Below, in pieces: positions 48,570 to 60,164 of a stretch of DNA of 64,000 bases (position 1 is the first letter of the stretch; every line of letters begins with the position of its first letter). The position numbers were made by a program, and so were the translations under genes. This DNA is from an uncultured bacterium (GTDB lineage Bacteria; Krumholzibacteriota; Krumholzibacteriia; Krumholzibacteriales; Krumholzibacteriaceae), in assembly GCA_963786935.1 (NCBI GenBank), contig CAWBAN010000001.1, forward strand, positions 768,001 through 832,000, in the 5' to 3' direction. Under the pieces are notes generated by a model. It searched no databases, was not told the DNA's origin, and saw only the letters and a list, made by a program, of their open reading frames with translations.

Positions 48570-49962
48570 CGACGAGGATACGATTCGGCTCTTTCTCGAG
48601 AAGACGCTCCGCGAGGAGGGGTACGAGGCGCTCACCGCCGCGACGGGAACCGAAGCGCTCGAACGCACGAGGGGAGAGCTCCCCGATCTCGTGCTGCTCG
48701 ATCTCAAGCTGCCCGACATGAGCGGGCTCGACGTTCTGCGGCAGATCAAGGAAGAGGTCCCCGAGGTCTGCGTCATCATGCTCACCGCGTTCGGCGACAT
48801 CGAGACGGCGGTGACCGCGATGAAGAAGGGCGCCTTCGATTTCGTGAGCAAGCCGGTCAACCTCGAGGAGCTCCTCCTCACGATCGGCAAGGGGCTCGCT
48901 TCGCGCAAGCTGACGCGCGAGCTCTTCGAGCTGCGTCGGCGGCTGAAGCTCGACGTCGGGGAGGACTACGTTCCGGGCGAGAGCCCGCAGATGAAGGGTA
49001 TCTACGAAATCGTGAAGCGGGTCGCGCAGAGCGACACGACCACGATTCTCATTCAGGGGGAGAGCGGCACGGGCAAGGAAATGATCGCGACGATGATCCA
49101 TCGGTACAGCTCGCGGCGCGATCAGCCGTTTCTCGAGATCAACTGCGCGTCGCTGCCCGAGGAGCTCCTCGAGAGCGAGCTCTTCGGCCACGAGCGGGGC
49201 GCCTTCACCGACGCGAAGAGCCAGAAGGTGGGGCTGCTCGAGCTCGCGAACAAGGGGACCCTCTTCCTCGACGAGATCGGCGAGATGAGCCTCACGATAC
49301 AGGTCAAGCTCCTCCGGGTCCTCGAACGGATGAGCTTCCGGCGCGTCGGCGGGACCAAGGATATCAAGGTGAGCGTCCGGATCATCTCGGCGACGAACAG
49401 CGACCTCGAAGGTGCGGTTCAGCGGAAAACGTTCCGCGAGGATCTCTACTACCGGCTCAAGGTCGTTCCGATATTCATCCCGCCGCTGCGGGAGCGCAAG
49501 GAGGACATCTACCTGCTGCTGCGGCATCTCCTGAACCAGTTCAACAAACAGTTCAACAAGAACTTCGCGGAAATCGAGGACGCCGCATACGACATCATCC
49601 TCAATTATCCGTGGCCCGGCAACATCAGGGAGCTCAAGAACATGGTCGAGCGCGTCGTGCTCCTCGAGGACGACACGGTGCTGCGCGTCGCGCATATTCC
49701 GGCGAGCATCAGGCAGGGGATGTCGTCCGAACGCGAGCTCACGGGCGTCCGGAAGCTCGAGATGGCCCTCAGCAGGCCGTTCCCCGAGGACGGGCTGGAT
49801 TTCGAGACCCTGCTGGGAAGCATCGAACGCGAGATCATCGAAAAGGCGATGCGCGAAGCGGGGGGCAACCAGAGCGGCGCCGCGCGGCTGCTCCGGCTCA
49901 ACCGCGACAAGATCAGGTACCGGCTCAAGAATCCGGAAACGGGGAAGGAAGAGGGGCGCTGA
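48544..49962 (+). CDS. sigma54-dependent response regulator (NtrC family)
   Basis: Receiver domain (VDDE, LLDLKLP), GESGTGKE, GAFTDA, LFLDEIG, WPGNIREL, Fis-type HTH. Confidence 0.95.
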   Translation: MKPVVLLVDDEDTIRLFLEKTLREEGYEALTAATGTEALERTRGELPDLVLLDLKLPDMSGLDVLRQIKEEVPEVCVIMLTAFGDIETAVTAMKKGAFDFVSKPVNLEELLLTIGKGLASRKLTRELFELRRRLKLDVGEDYVPGESPQMKGIYEIVKRVAQSDTTTILIQGESGTGKEMIATMIHRYSSRRDQPFLEINCASLPEELLESELFGHERGAFTDAKSQKVGLLELANKGTLFLDEIGEMSLTIQVKLLRVLERMSFRRVGGTKDIKVSVRIISATNSDLEGAVQRKTFREDLYYRLKVVPIFIPPLRERKEDIYLLLRHLLNQFNKQFNKNFAEIEDAAYDIILNYPWPGNIRELKNMVERVVLLEDDTVLRVAHIPASIRQGMSSERELTGVRKLEMALSRPFPEDGLDFETLLGSIEREIIEKAMREAGGNQSGAARLLRLNRDKIRYRLKNPETGKEEGR

Positions 49963-49966
49963 AGCG

Positions 49967-50473
49967 ATGCGGCGTTCATGGGGCATTCTGGCCGCCGCGG
50001 CGGTCATCGCGCTCGCGCCGGGGTGCGGCGGATACTACAGCACGAAAGGGCGGTCCGCCGGCGACATCAAGAAGATAGCCGTCCCGAATCTTTCGAACGC
50101 GACGTCGGAGCCCGACGTCGAGATCACGATCACCGAAAACCTGCGGGCCGGGCTCATCAAGGACAACACCCTGAAGGTCGTCGCGGAGCCGGAGGCGGAC
50201 GCGGTTCTCGAGGCCGCCGTCGTCGAGTACCGCAACGTCCCGTACACCTTCAGCACGGAGCTGCAGGCCGATCAGTACCGTCTCACCGTCGTCATTCTCG
50301 CTTCGCTTTTCAACCCGAAGGAAAACGACTACGTCTGGAAGGACCGGAGAATCGAGGCGCGGAGCGAATACTACCTTGAAACGGAAACGGAACGCACCTA
50401 TGATAGGGCGCTCGAAGAAGTGTACAAGGACCTCGTCGAGGGCATCCTGAACGCCACGACGCAGGAATGGTGA
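49967..50473 (+). CDS. LptE-like lipoprotein
   Basis: Lipobox APG-C then GGY; directly upstream of holA as in the lptE-holA arrangement. Confidence 0.7.
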   Translation: MRRSWGILAAAAVIALAPGCGGYYSTKGRSAGDIKKIAVPNLSNATSEPDVEITITENLRAGLIKDNTLKVVAEPEADAVLEAAVVEYRNVPYTFSTELQADQYRLTVVILASLFNPKENDYVWKDRRIEARSEYYLETETERTYDRALEEVYKDLVEGILNATTQEW

Positions 50474-50476
50474 GCC

Positions 50477-51502
50477 GTGAAGGCGAATCTGACCCATTAC
50501 GTCAAGATATTCAAAGACGTCGACCGGCGCGACATCGTGAGCCTCTACCTGCTCCACGGCTCGGAGGGCTACATCATGGAGCGCATGGCGGAGCGGATCG
50601 CCTCGACGATCGTCCCCGACGACCTCAAGGCGTTCAACTACACGGTCGCGTACGGGAGCGAAATGAAGGTCGACGAATTCATCGCGACCGCCACTTCGTT
50701 CCCGTTTCTCTCCGACTGCCGGGTCCTCATTCTCAGGGAGCTCGAGAGGCTGCGGGGGAGCTGGAAGCGGCTCATCGCGTACTGCGAGAATCCGGTTCCG
50801 TCGAGCGTGGTCATCTTTCTGTACAATCCGTTCGACGAGGGGAAGGGGAGGGCGCGGGAATCCAAGGAGTTCGAGCGGCTCCGGAGCGTCGTGGGCCGGA
50901 ACGGCAAGGAGCTCGCGTTCGAGCGGCTGACCGGCGCCGAGGTGCGGACATGGGTCCGGCAGGAGGCGAAGAGCGCGCGGGTCGAGCTCGACGCCGAGGC
51001 GGTCGACGCCCTCGTCCTGAGCGTCGGGGACGACCTGTTCGATCTCAAGAACGAGATCGGGAAGCTCGGGATCCTCTTCGGCGACCGTCGCGTGGGCGTC
51101 GCCGATCTCTCGGCGGTGATCGGGAGCTACCGACTCAACGCGGTCCGCGATCTCATCGAGAGCATCGAGCCGGGACGGGAGGGGATCGCGCTGGCGATCC
51201 TGCACCGGATCATCCGCAGCGGGGCCGAGCAGCCGGGCGCCATCATCTATCAGCTCACGCGCCACTTCCTCGGTCTCCTCAAGGCGAGCGAGGGGGTGGG
51301 GCAGGGGGGATACCGCTACGACCGCGCGCGGCGGGCGGCGCGGGCCTTCACCGCCCGCGAGATCGTCGTGTGGCTCGAGAACCTGCGCCGCGCGGAGCTC
51401 CTGCTGAAAACGAGCTCTTTCCCCGAGGAGGCGCTTCTCGTCGGCGCGTTCATGCATTCGTTCAAGGGAGCGTACGTGGAATTTCCGCTCGTGACGGCAT
51501 GA
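50477..51502 (+). CDS. holA: DNA polymerase III delta subunit
   Basis: LYLLHGSEGY, FPFLSDCRV, VGDDLFDLKNEIGKL. Confidence 0.85.
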   Translation: MKANLTHYVKIFKDVDRRDIVSLYLLHGSEGYIMERMAERIASTIVPDDLKAFNYTVAYGSEMKVDEFIATATSFPFLSDCRVLILRELERLRGSWKRLIAYCENPVPSSVVIFLYNPFDEGKGRARESKEFERLRSVVGRNGKELAFERLTGAEVRTWVRQEAKSARVELDAEAVDALVLSVGDDLFDLKNEIGKLGILFGDRRVGVADLSAVIGSYRLNAVRDLIESIEPGREGIALAILHRIIRSGAEQPGAIIYQLTRHFLGLLKASEGVGQGGYRYDRARRAARAFTAREIVVWLENLRRAELLLKTSSFPEEALLVGAFMHSFKGAYVEFPLVTA

Positions 51503-51542
51503 GCGGCCGAGGGTCCCCGGCACCGCCGGGCGAAGGGGGTAT

Positions 51543-51878
51543 ATGTCGACGAAGGTGATGAAGGTCACGGACGACGAATTTCCCGGACGGATCATCGATT
51601 CGGGAAAGCCGAGCGTCGTCGATTTCTGGGCGACCTGGTGCGGACCGTGCCAGCGGCTCGACGACGTCATCGAGGATATCGCGCAGCGCTACGACGGGAG
51701 GGTCTCCTTCTACCGCGTTGACGTGAACGAATGCGGCGGGACGGCGTCGCGCTTCGCCGTGCGGAGCCTGCCGACGCTCCTCTTCTTCCACGAGGGAGAG
51801 GTCGTCGATCAAGCAATCGGCTCGGTCTCGCGCGAGGATATCGAGGAGAAGCTCGAGAAGCTTCTCCGAACCGCCTGA
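51543..51878 (+). CDS. trxA: Thioredoxin
   Basis: VDFWATWCGPC, VRSLPT. Confidence 0.9.
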   Translation: MSTKVMKVTDDEFPGRIIDSGKPSVVDFWATWCGPCQRLDDVIEDIAQRYDGRVSFYRVDVNECGGTASRFAVRSLPTLLFFHEGEVVDQAIGSVSREDIEEKLEKLLRTA

Positions 51879-51929
51879 CGGCGCGTGCCCGGCGTCGCGC
51901 GGCGCCGGGGCGCCGGAGAGGACGTGCCG

Positions 51930-52180
51930 ATGAATGCCGGAAACGGCGATGAAGAGCGCATTGTGGCGCGGGGGCTCAAATCCCCCGGTCCGCTCCTCAT
52001 GGTGAAAAAGCGTCTCAGGGCCCTCGATGCCGGCCGCATCAGGGTCATCGTGTCGAGCAGGGAAGCGGCCGAGGATATCGTCAACTACTTCGAAACGCGA
52101 GGAGCCGCGACCGAGCTCGATCGGGCCGGCGAGGATTATCACGTCATCGTCGATCTGGCGAAGTTCAAGGATACTGAGTG

Positions 52181-52181
<1 letters not shown>
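51930..52181 (+). CDS. TusA/SirA-like protein lacking the catalytic Cys
   Basis: ARGLKSPGPLLMVKKRL aligns to the xRGLxCPxP motif; the protein contains no Cys. Confidence 0.65.
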
Positions 52182-54693
<2,512 letters not shown>

Positions 54694-54815
54694 AGGCCGT
54701 GGCCGATTCATTGGTTAACATAATATATATTATACGCCATATTCTGGATTCCTGATTTTCCCCCTGATTCAACTCGATCGTCCGTCCCTCTCGATTCCAT
54801 GAGCCCCTTCAGGCC

Positions 54816-54850
54816 AAAAAAATACCCGGGATCTCTCTATCCCGGGTATT
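54816..54850 (-). terminator. Rho-independent terminator of the - strand gene
   Basis: AATACCCGGGAT/ATCCCGGGTATT stem with an A-tract on the + strand (U-tract on the - strand). Confidence 0.75.
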
Positions 54851-54877
54851 CGTCGATTCGAATTGCGCGCGAGCGTT

Positions 54878-55441
54878 CTATCGGTACAGTTCCTTGATCG
54901 CGCCCCAGCTCGTTTCGGTCACGCCGGGGTTACAGCTGCCGTTGTAGACGAACATGCCGCCGAGAACCTCTCGCATCGGCCAGACGCCGGGAACGCATTC
55001 CGTTATCAATATTGCCGGAGGCTGAGCGTTCGGATCCGGCTTTACATTGATGGTGAAGGGGCCGCCGAATCCCAAATACATGAGGGAAATGGCCCCGATG
55101 TAGACGATCGGCTCGTTCGTGCCGAGGCACTGCGAAGCGGTCAGCGAGATGCCGGTTGTCGGATCGCCGAGCGTGACCTGGATCTGGGAGTTCCATTCAT
55201 AACCGAGAAACACGACGAGCCCGCCCGACGTCTCCTCGAGCAGGAACTCGACCGCGTTTCCGAGATCCGGTCCGGCGTCACGAACGTAATACATCCGGAT
55301 CGTATCGGACTCATAGGACGTGATCGGGCTGCTGCACACCGTGATCGTCTGGTCGGTGTACAGCGAGAGGGCTCCGGTGTGGGCGAAGGCCGATCCGCAC
55401 AGAAGCGCCACGAACAATGCACTCATTGCCAGTTTCCTCAT
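54878..55441 (-). CDS. Secreted hypothetical protein with a C-terminal TxSWGAIKxLYR motif
   Basis: AAGGAGGAG SD; signal peptide MRKLAMSALFVALLCGSAFA; ends VTETSWGAIKELYR. Confidence 0.8.
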   Translation of the reverse strand: MRKLAMSALFVALLCGSAFAHTGALSLYTDQTITVCSSPITSYESDTIRMYYVRDAGPDLGNAVEFLLEETSGGLVVFLGYEWNSQIQVTLGDPTTGISLTASQCLGTNEPIVYIGAISLMYLGFGGPFTINVKPDPNAQPPAILITECVPGVWPMREVLGGMFVYNGSCNPGVTETSWGAIKELYR

Positions 55442-55559
55442 TACGTCTCCTCCTTGTTCATCCTTCCTCGAAATTTCCGTTTCTACCCTTCTATAGCAAG
55501 AACCTCTTCATCGCTTGTGCGAAGACTAAGTTCTGGGCCAAAAATATGTCAAGATAAAA

Positions 55560-55976
55560 TTAACCCTCCTGCCAATGAAATCCCGGCACCTTTTCCCGAT
55601 GCGCTCCGAGGAAGGGCATCCTCCAATCCTCGCCGAAGAGCGCCTTGATGAAGCCGGCGAGAGACAGTATGAGCGCCGCGAGCGCCGCGACCAGATCGAA
55701 GAGGCCGACCGCGATCAGGCCGGCGAACTTGATTTTCCCGACCGTACCGGCCAAAATGGCCGCCGCGGCCACCGCCGCGCACTCCGCGACGAACAGCAGC
55801 ACTGCCTGCGAAGCGTGCGCACGGATGAACGGATCCCGCTTCGCGCGCCACAGAGAGAAGAAACACATGAACGCGAGATAAGCGACCGCCGCGATCCATC
55901 GGGAGGCCTCGGAGGGCTTCACGGCGGGCTCCGCTCCTCGTTCCTCCGCTGCCCTCTCCCCCGCGTTCAGTTCCAT
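55560..55976 (-). CDS. DUF4870-like membrane protein
   Basis: AAVAYL...DPFIRAHASQA...KALFGEDWRMPFLG. Confidence 0.7.
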   Translation of the reverse strand: MELNAGERAAEERGAEPAVKPSEASRWIAAVAYLAFMCFFSLWRAKRDPFIRAHASQAVLLFVAECAAVAAAAILAGTVGKIKFAGLIAVGLFDLVAALAALILSLAGFIKALFGEDWRMPFLGAHREKVPGFHWQEG

Positions 55977-56016
55977 GATCGAAACGCCCTCATGACGATC
56001 CCCGCGCGCGGGGATC

Positions 56017-56685
56017 TCATCCGCGGAGCACCGCGATCTCGATCTCGATGTCGCGGCGTTCCGTTCCGGTCGTCTTGTCGAGAAGCGTCGATAAAATCTC
56101 GATCGCCTTTTCCGTCTGGTTGCCGAGCCGGTAATTCTCGGCCGCGCGCTTGAGGTATTCGGATTCCATGAAGCTGTTCGTTTTCAATTTATTCGTCAAA
56201 TCGACGTACGCGTCCGCCGCCTCGACGTAGCGCCGCTCGTTCTCCAGCGCGACCGCCTTGCCTTCGAGCGCGGCGTCATGGAAGAACGGATGTCGCCCGC
56301 CCTTCGCCATATACCGGTCGAATGCCTGGATCGCGTCCAGATACTTGCCGTTCTCGAGGTTGCACTTGCCCAGGAAGTAGCTCGCGTAGATCCCTTCCTC
56401 CGTGCCGCCGTATTCCTTCGACACGAACGAGAAGAGCTCCTCTGCCGTCTTGATGTCGCCGGTTCTGAACGAGGTGAGCGCGTCGGCGAATTGGCTCGAC
56501 GCCTTCTCCTTGCTCTGTCTCTTCGCGTAGCCCGCCCACACGGTCACGGCGACGGCGACGACGATCACGACGAGGCCGGTGAAGAACCATTTCTCATGGC
56601 CGCGAACGTATTCCCATGCCTTCATGGTCGTCGCGATGAACGTATCCTCTTTCAGCTGCCTTTTGGTAATGCGTGCCGATGACAA
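56017..56685 (-). CDS. Single-TM TPR protein (YfgM-like)
   Basis: AAGGAGGT SD then TTG; RITKRQLKEDTF, one TM helix, TPR helices. Confidence 0.75.
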   Translation of the reverse strand: MSSARITKRQLKEDTFIATTMKAWEYVRGHEKWFFTGLVVIVVAVAVTVWAGYAKRQSKEKASSQFADALTSFRTGDIKTAEELFSFVSKEYGGTEEGIYASYFLGKCNLENGKYLDAIQAFDRYMAKGGRHPFFHDAALEGKAVALENERRYVEAADAYVDLTNKLKTNSFMESEYLKRAAENYRLGNQTEKAIEILSTLLDKTTGTERRDIEIEIAVLRG

Positions 56686-56833
56686 AGCCGGTACCTCCTT
56701 GCTCTGATATGTAAATAACACTCGATCTGCCCGATTATCAAGCGAAATCCCGTGTAATCAATAAATAATTTGACATCATCGGCTTCCGTTTGCGAAGCTC
56801 GACCCGGTTTCCATTCCGCAAAGGAAGGCGGTA

Positions 56834-59305
56834 GTGAACAGGGTCCCGCTGATCGCCATCGTCGTTCTCGCCGTGGCCATCGCGCTCCTCGGCTCCTGGG
56901 GCTTTCGGGACTTCGCGCAATCCCCCTATACGGGCATTCAGCATTACAATTTCGTGATTCGGGCGATCGAGGAGTCGAGCCCGAACCGCGCCCTCGACCT
57001 CAAGCCCGGAGACCGGATTCTCGCGGTGAACGGCGTCGAACCGCGGAATCTGAACCACTATGCGAGCCTCGTCTCTTCGGCTCGCGGCACGGAGCCGCTC
57101 CCCTACACGATCGCGCGGGGGGATTCCGTCTTCGTCGTCGGCGTGCGCCGCGTGGCGCAGCCGCCCGGCCACGTGTCGGGGAAGTTCTCGCTCCTCGTCG
57201 TCGGCTTCACCTTCATCATCGCCGGGCTCGCCGTGTTCACGAAGCGCTCCGACATTCTCGGGACCCTGTTCTCGGTGAACTGCCTCATGTTCGCCTTCCT
57301 CATGACGGAGCGGCCGATCACGAGGGCCCCGATCGTTCACATCGGCGGGGAGCTCGTCTACGACTTCCTCTTCATCTTCCTGCCCGCGTTTTTCCTCCAT
57401 TTCTTCCTGCTCTTTCCGGGGCGGGACATCGAGCGCGGCACGCGGAGACGGCGGATGCTCGAGCTGCTCTATCTCCCCCCGGCCGTCCTCTCGCTCTCGA
57501 CCTTTGTCCTCGCCCTGTGGCGCTACTCCGGCGGCGCGCGTCTCGGAGCCGTCATCGGCATCCTCAACGCGCTCACGGTCATCTACTGGCTCGTCTACGT
57601 CGTCGCGAGCCTCGCCGTGTTCATCAGGACGTACGCCGTGACGGAAAAGGCGCGGCGCCAGAAATTCGGCATCGTGATCGTCGGCGTGGCCCTCGGCGTC
57701 GTGCCGATCACCATTCTCATGATGATCAAGCAGTTTCTCCCGACGGGAACCGTGCCAGTGCGGTATCTCTGGTCGTTCTTCCTCTCCTTCATGCCGATTT
57801 CGTTCGCGTACGCGATCCTGAAGCACAACGCGCTCGATCTCGGCGTCGTTCTGCGGAAGACCATCGCGTACATCATCCTTCTCGTATTCCTCATCGCCCT
57901 CTACTACGCCTTCGTCACCGCGCTCGAGCAGCAGATGAAGCGCCTCTTCGGCGCGCAGGCTTCGTTCGTGACCGGGGCCGCGATCATTCTCGTGGCGCTC
58001 GCGATGGTGCCGGCGCGGAGCGGCATCCAGCGGATCGTCGATCGGGCGTTTTACCAGACGAGGAAGGCTTTCAAGGACGACGTGATATCGTTCTCGCGTC
58101 AGATTCAGTACCTGCTGTCCGTCGAGGAGATCGCGGCGTTCGTCACGGCGCAGATGACCGCCGCGTTTCGCGCCGGGCACGCGCATCTCTTTCTTCGCGA
58201 GGAATCGGGCAACTTCACGCTCCGGGCGAGCGCGCCGCCGGAGAAGCGGCTCGCGCTCACGTCGCTCCCCCCGGGAACGGACCTCATCGCGCTCCTGCGC
58301 GATGAACGGCTCCCGATCATGCTCGAGTGTTTCGACCGGCTCTGGATAAAGAGCAACTTCGACGGAATATCGCGCGAGCTCGTCTCGCTCTCGCGCGCGT
58401 CGGTCGCCGTGCCGCTCATGGAGCAGCGCGAGCTCCTCGGTTTCGTTCTCGCGGGCCCGAAGGTGTCGGGAAAGCCGTACAGCCGCTCGGACAGCGAGAT
58501 CTTCGAGCTCCTCGGCGAGCGGAGCGCCGTGGCGCTCATGAACGTCAGGCTCTGCAGGGACTCGATCGAAAAGGAGAAGCTCGAGGAGGAGCTCCGCCTC
58601 GCGAGCGAGATCCAGCGCCGGCTGCTGCCGGCATCCCCTCCCCCGCTCGCCTGCTCGTCGCTCATGGGCGGGATCCGCACGAGCAGGGAGGTCGGCGGGG
58701 ATTTCTACGATTACCTCGATCTCGGCGGCGGGAAAATCGGAATCGCGGTCACGGACGTCTCGGGGAAAGGCATCCCCGCCGCGCTTCTCATGACCACGAT
58801 CCAGGCATCGCTCCGCGCCGACGCTCCGAAATCCGAAAGCCCCGCGGCGGTGATCACGAAGCTCAACGCGTCGTTGTACGAACGGAGCGACGTGGAGAAA
58901 TTCGCGACGGTCTTCTACGCCCTGTACGACGACGCGGCGGGAATCATCCGGTACACGAACGCGGGATCCTATCCGGCGTTCGTCATCTCCCCCGACGGCC
59001 GGATCAACCGGCTTCAGCGCGGGGGCATCCTGATCGGCGTCGAGCCGGGGAGCACGTACGAAGAAGGCGTGCTCAAATTGAAGAGCGGAGACCTCCTCGT
59101 CATCTACACCGACGGTATCATCGATCAGGAAGACCCGCAGGGGGAGCCATACGGCGAGCAGAGGTTGCTTGAATTCATGAGGAATAACGCACGGCTGTCG
59201 ACCGAGAGCATCGTCGAGAAGTTATTTGCCACCTTGCTTGCATTTGGCCAGAACAACTTGAAAGATGATATGACCGTCGTTCTTCTTCGCAGAAATATTG
59301 CATGA
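56834..59305 (+). CDS. PDZ - multi-TM - GAF - PP2C (SpoIIE/RsbU-like) phosphatase
   Basis: LKPGDRILAVNG, many TM helices, VGGDFYD, DVSGKGIPAA, YTDGI, DDMT. Confidence 0.88.
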   Translation: MNRVPLIAIVVLAVAIALLGSWGFRDFAQSPYTGIQHYNFVIRAIEESSPNRALDLKPGDRILAVNGVEPRNLNHYASLVSSARGTEPLPYTIARGDSVFVVGVRRVAQPPGHVSGKFSLLVVGFTFIIAGLAVFTKRSDILGTLFSVNCLMFAFLMTERPITRAPIVHIGGELVYDFLFIFLPAFFLHFFLLFPGRDIERGTRRRRMLELLYLPPAVLSLSTFVLALWRYSGGARLGAVIGILNALTVIYWLVYVVASLAVFIRTYAVTEKARRQKFGIVIVGVALGVVPITILMMIKQFLPTGTVPVRYLWSFFLSFMPISFAYAILKHNALDLGVVLRKTIAYIILLVFLIALYYAFVTALEQQMKRLFGAQASFVTGAAIILVALAMVPARSGIQRIVDRAFYQTRKAFKDDVISFSRQIQYLLSVEEIAAFVTAQMTAAFRAGHAHLFLREESGNFTLRASAPPEKRLALTSLPPGTDLIALLRDERLPIMLECFDRLWIKSNFDGISRELVSLSRASVAVPLMEQRELLGFVLAGPKVSGKPYSRSDSEIFELLGERSAVALMNVRLCRDSIEKEKLEEELRLASEIQRRLLPASPPPLACSSLMGGIRTSREVGGDFYDYLDLGGGKIGIAVTDVSGKGIPAALLMTTIQASLRADAPKSESPAAVITKLNASLYERSDVEKFATVFYALYDDAAGIIRYTNAGSYPAFVISPDGRINRLQRGGILIGVEPGSTYEEGVLKLKSGDLLVIYTDGIIDQEDPQGEPYGEQRLLEFMRNNARLSTESIVEKLFATLLAFGQNNLKDDMTVVLLRRNIA

Positions 59306-59323
59306 TCGGGCGCCCCCGAATTA

Positions 59324-59355
59324 CTTCGCTATCTCTCTTAAATACAACATATTAA
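59324..59355 (+). repeat. Imperfect ~32-nt element (copy 2) with an IHF-like core
   Basis: CTTCGCTATCTCTCTTAAATACAACATATTAA resembles 13994-14024. Confidence 0.45.
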
Positions 59356-59384
59356 GCAATGGTTCCTCCTGCGAATGCCGGCTC

Positions 59385-59400
59385 AGGCACGGCGTATGCA
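59385..59400 (+). promoter_or_regulatory. Putative sigma54 -24/-12 promoter
   Basis: AGGCACG-GCGT-ATGCA, exact GG-N10-GC spacing. Confidence 0.5.
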
Positions 59401-59481
59401 CAATGCATATTTTGCAAGGTCCGGGGTTGGGTCGTAGGAAATGTGAAGCTGGCTTCCGTGACCTTTCAGGGGGTGATAACC

Positions 59482-59529
59482 ATGTTAACATGGTGCCTGA
59501 TCATTGACCTCCTGTGGTGGCTGCGCTGA
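59482..59529 (+). CDS. Putative 15-aa micro-ORF MLTWCLIIDLLWWLR
   Basis: SD-like GGGGGTGAT upstream of the ATG; hydrophobic and Trp-rich; downstream of the sigma54-like box. Confidence 0.35.
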   Translation: MLTWCLIIDLLWWLR

Positions 59530-59795
59530 GCCGGAAAAGTCGAACCCGGCTCGGAAAAGTGAATGTTCCCGTTGATGCTTTCGGTATCACCGGGAACATT
59601 TATTTATGCGGCCTGCCGGCCGCACTCGCGGTCGATGCGGCTCCCGGGCGTCTCGTTCGGTTCCCGCGCCTTCGGTTCGATGAAGCAACGCAATTTGTCA
59701 CAGAATTGGAATATCTTAATATTACACTTTAGGTGGAATCTTTATATTATTGTTATTGCAAAAGTTGCGGCATGATAAAAAAGCGCACTTTTTCC

Positions 59796-59823
59796 TTGAC
59801 AGCCGGTTCCCATAGCTTATAAT
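59796..59823 (+). promoter_or_regulatory. Consensus sigma70 promoter
   Basis: TTGACA-N16-TATAAT with AT-rich upstream sequence. Confidence 0.75.
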
Positions 59824-59830
59824 CAGCTTC

Positions 59831-59969
59831 AACGAGACAAGGAGTGGACTACGCGGTCGTGATCCGTCTGCTCTCAAGCCAACCTTTGAAGCGAAGCGAT
59901 CTTGCTGCGTTAGGCCTCTGAAGGGCGGTTGAGACACGTCACGCAATGTAGTCGCCTCCCGGTCTCGTT
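59831..59969 (+). ncRNA. Unassigned rod-shaped structured RNA (~139 nt)
   Basis: Nested helices AACGAGAC/GTCTCGTT, GGAG/CTCC, GACTAC/GTAGTC, CGTGA/TCACG, TCTCAA/TTGAGA, CCTT/AAGG between a promoter and a terminator. Confidence 0.6.
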
Positions 59970-59971
59970 AG

Positions 59972-60025
59972 AAAAAAAAGGGAATTGCTCCTCACGCATA
60001 GCGAAGGACAATTCCCTTTATTTAT
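59972..60025. terminator. Bidirectional intrinsic terminator
   Basis: AAAGGGAATTG...CAATTCCCTTT stem flanked by an A8 run and TTTATTTAT. Confidence 0.75.
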
Positions 60026-60102
60026 TGGTGCCCCCGAGACGATTCGAACGTCCGACAAACGGTTTAGGAAACCGCTGCTCTATCCATCTGAGCTACGGGG
60101 GC
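60026..60102 (-). tRNA. tRNA-Arg(CCT)
   Basis: Reverse complement: acceptor GCCCCCG/CGGGGGC; anticodon arm GCGGT-TT CCT AA-ACCGT; CCA. Confidence 0.97.
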
Positions 60103-60164
60103 AAATGCCCGGATGACCCTTAATCTTATCGACCGATGGATGCATTCGCAAATGAAATCGGCGC

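Noticed and set aside
49190..49215. GAFTDA instead of GAFTGA in the sigma54 activator
   Set aside because: A common variant in this family; not sufficient evidence of altered function.
59300..60026. Prophage or integrative element at the 3' end of tRNA-Arg(CCT)
   Set aside because: No integrase, transposase or duplicated tRNA 3' end was seen; the region is only ~0.7 kb and is explained by promoters and RNA structure.
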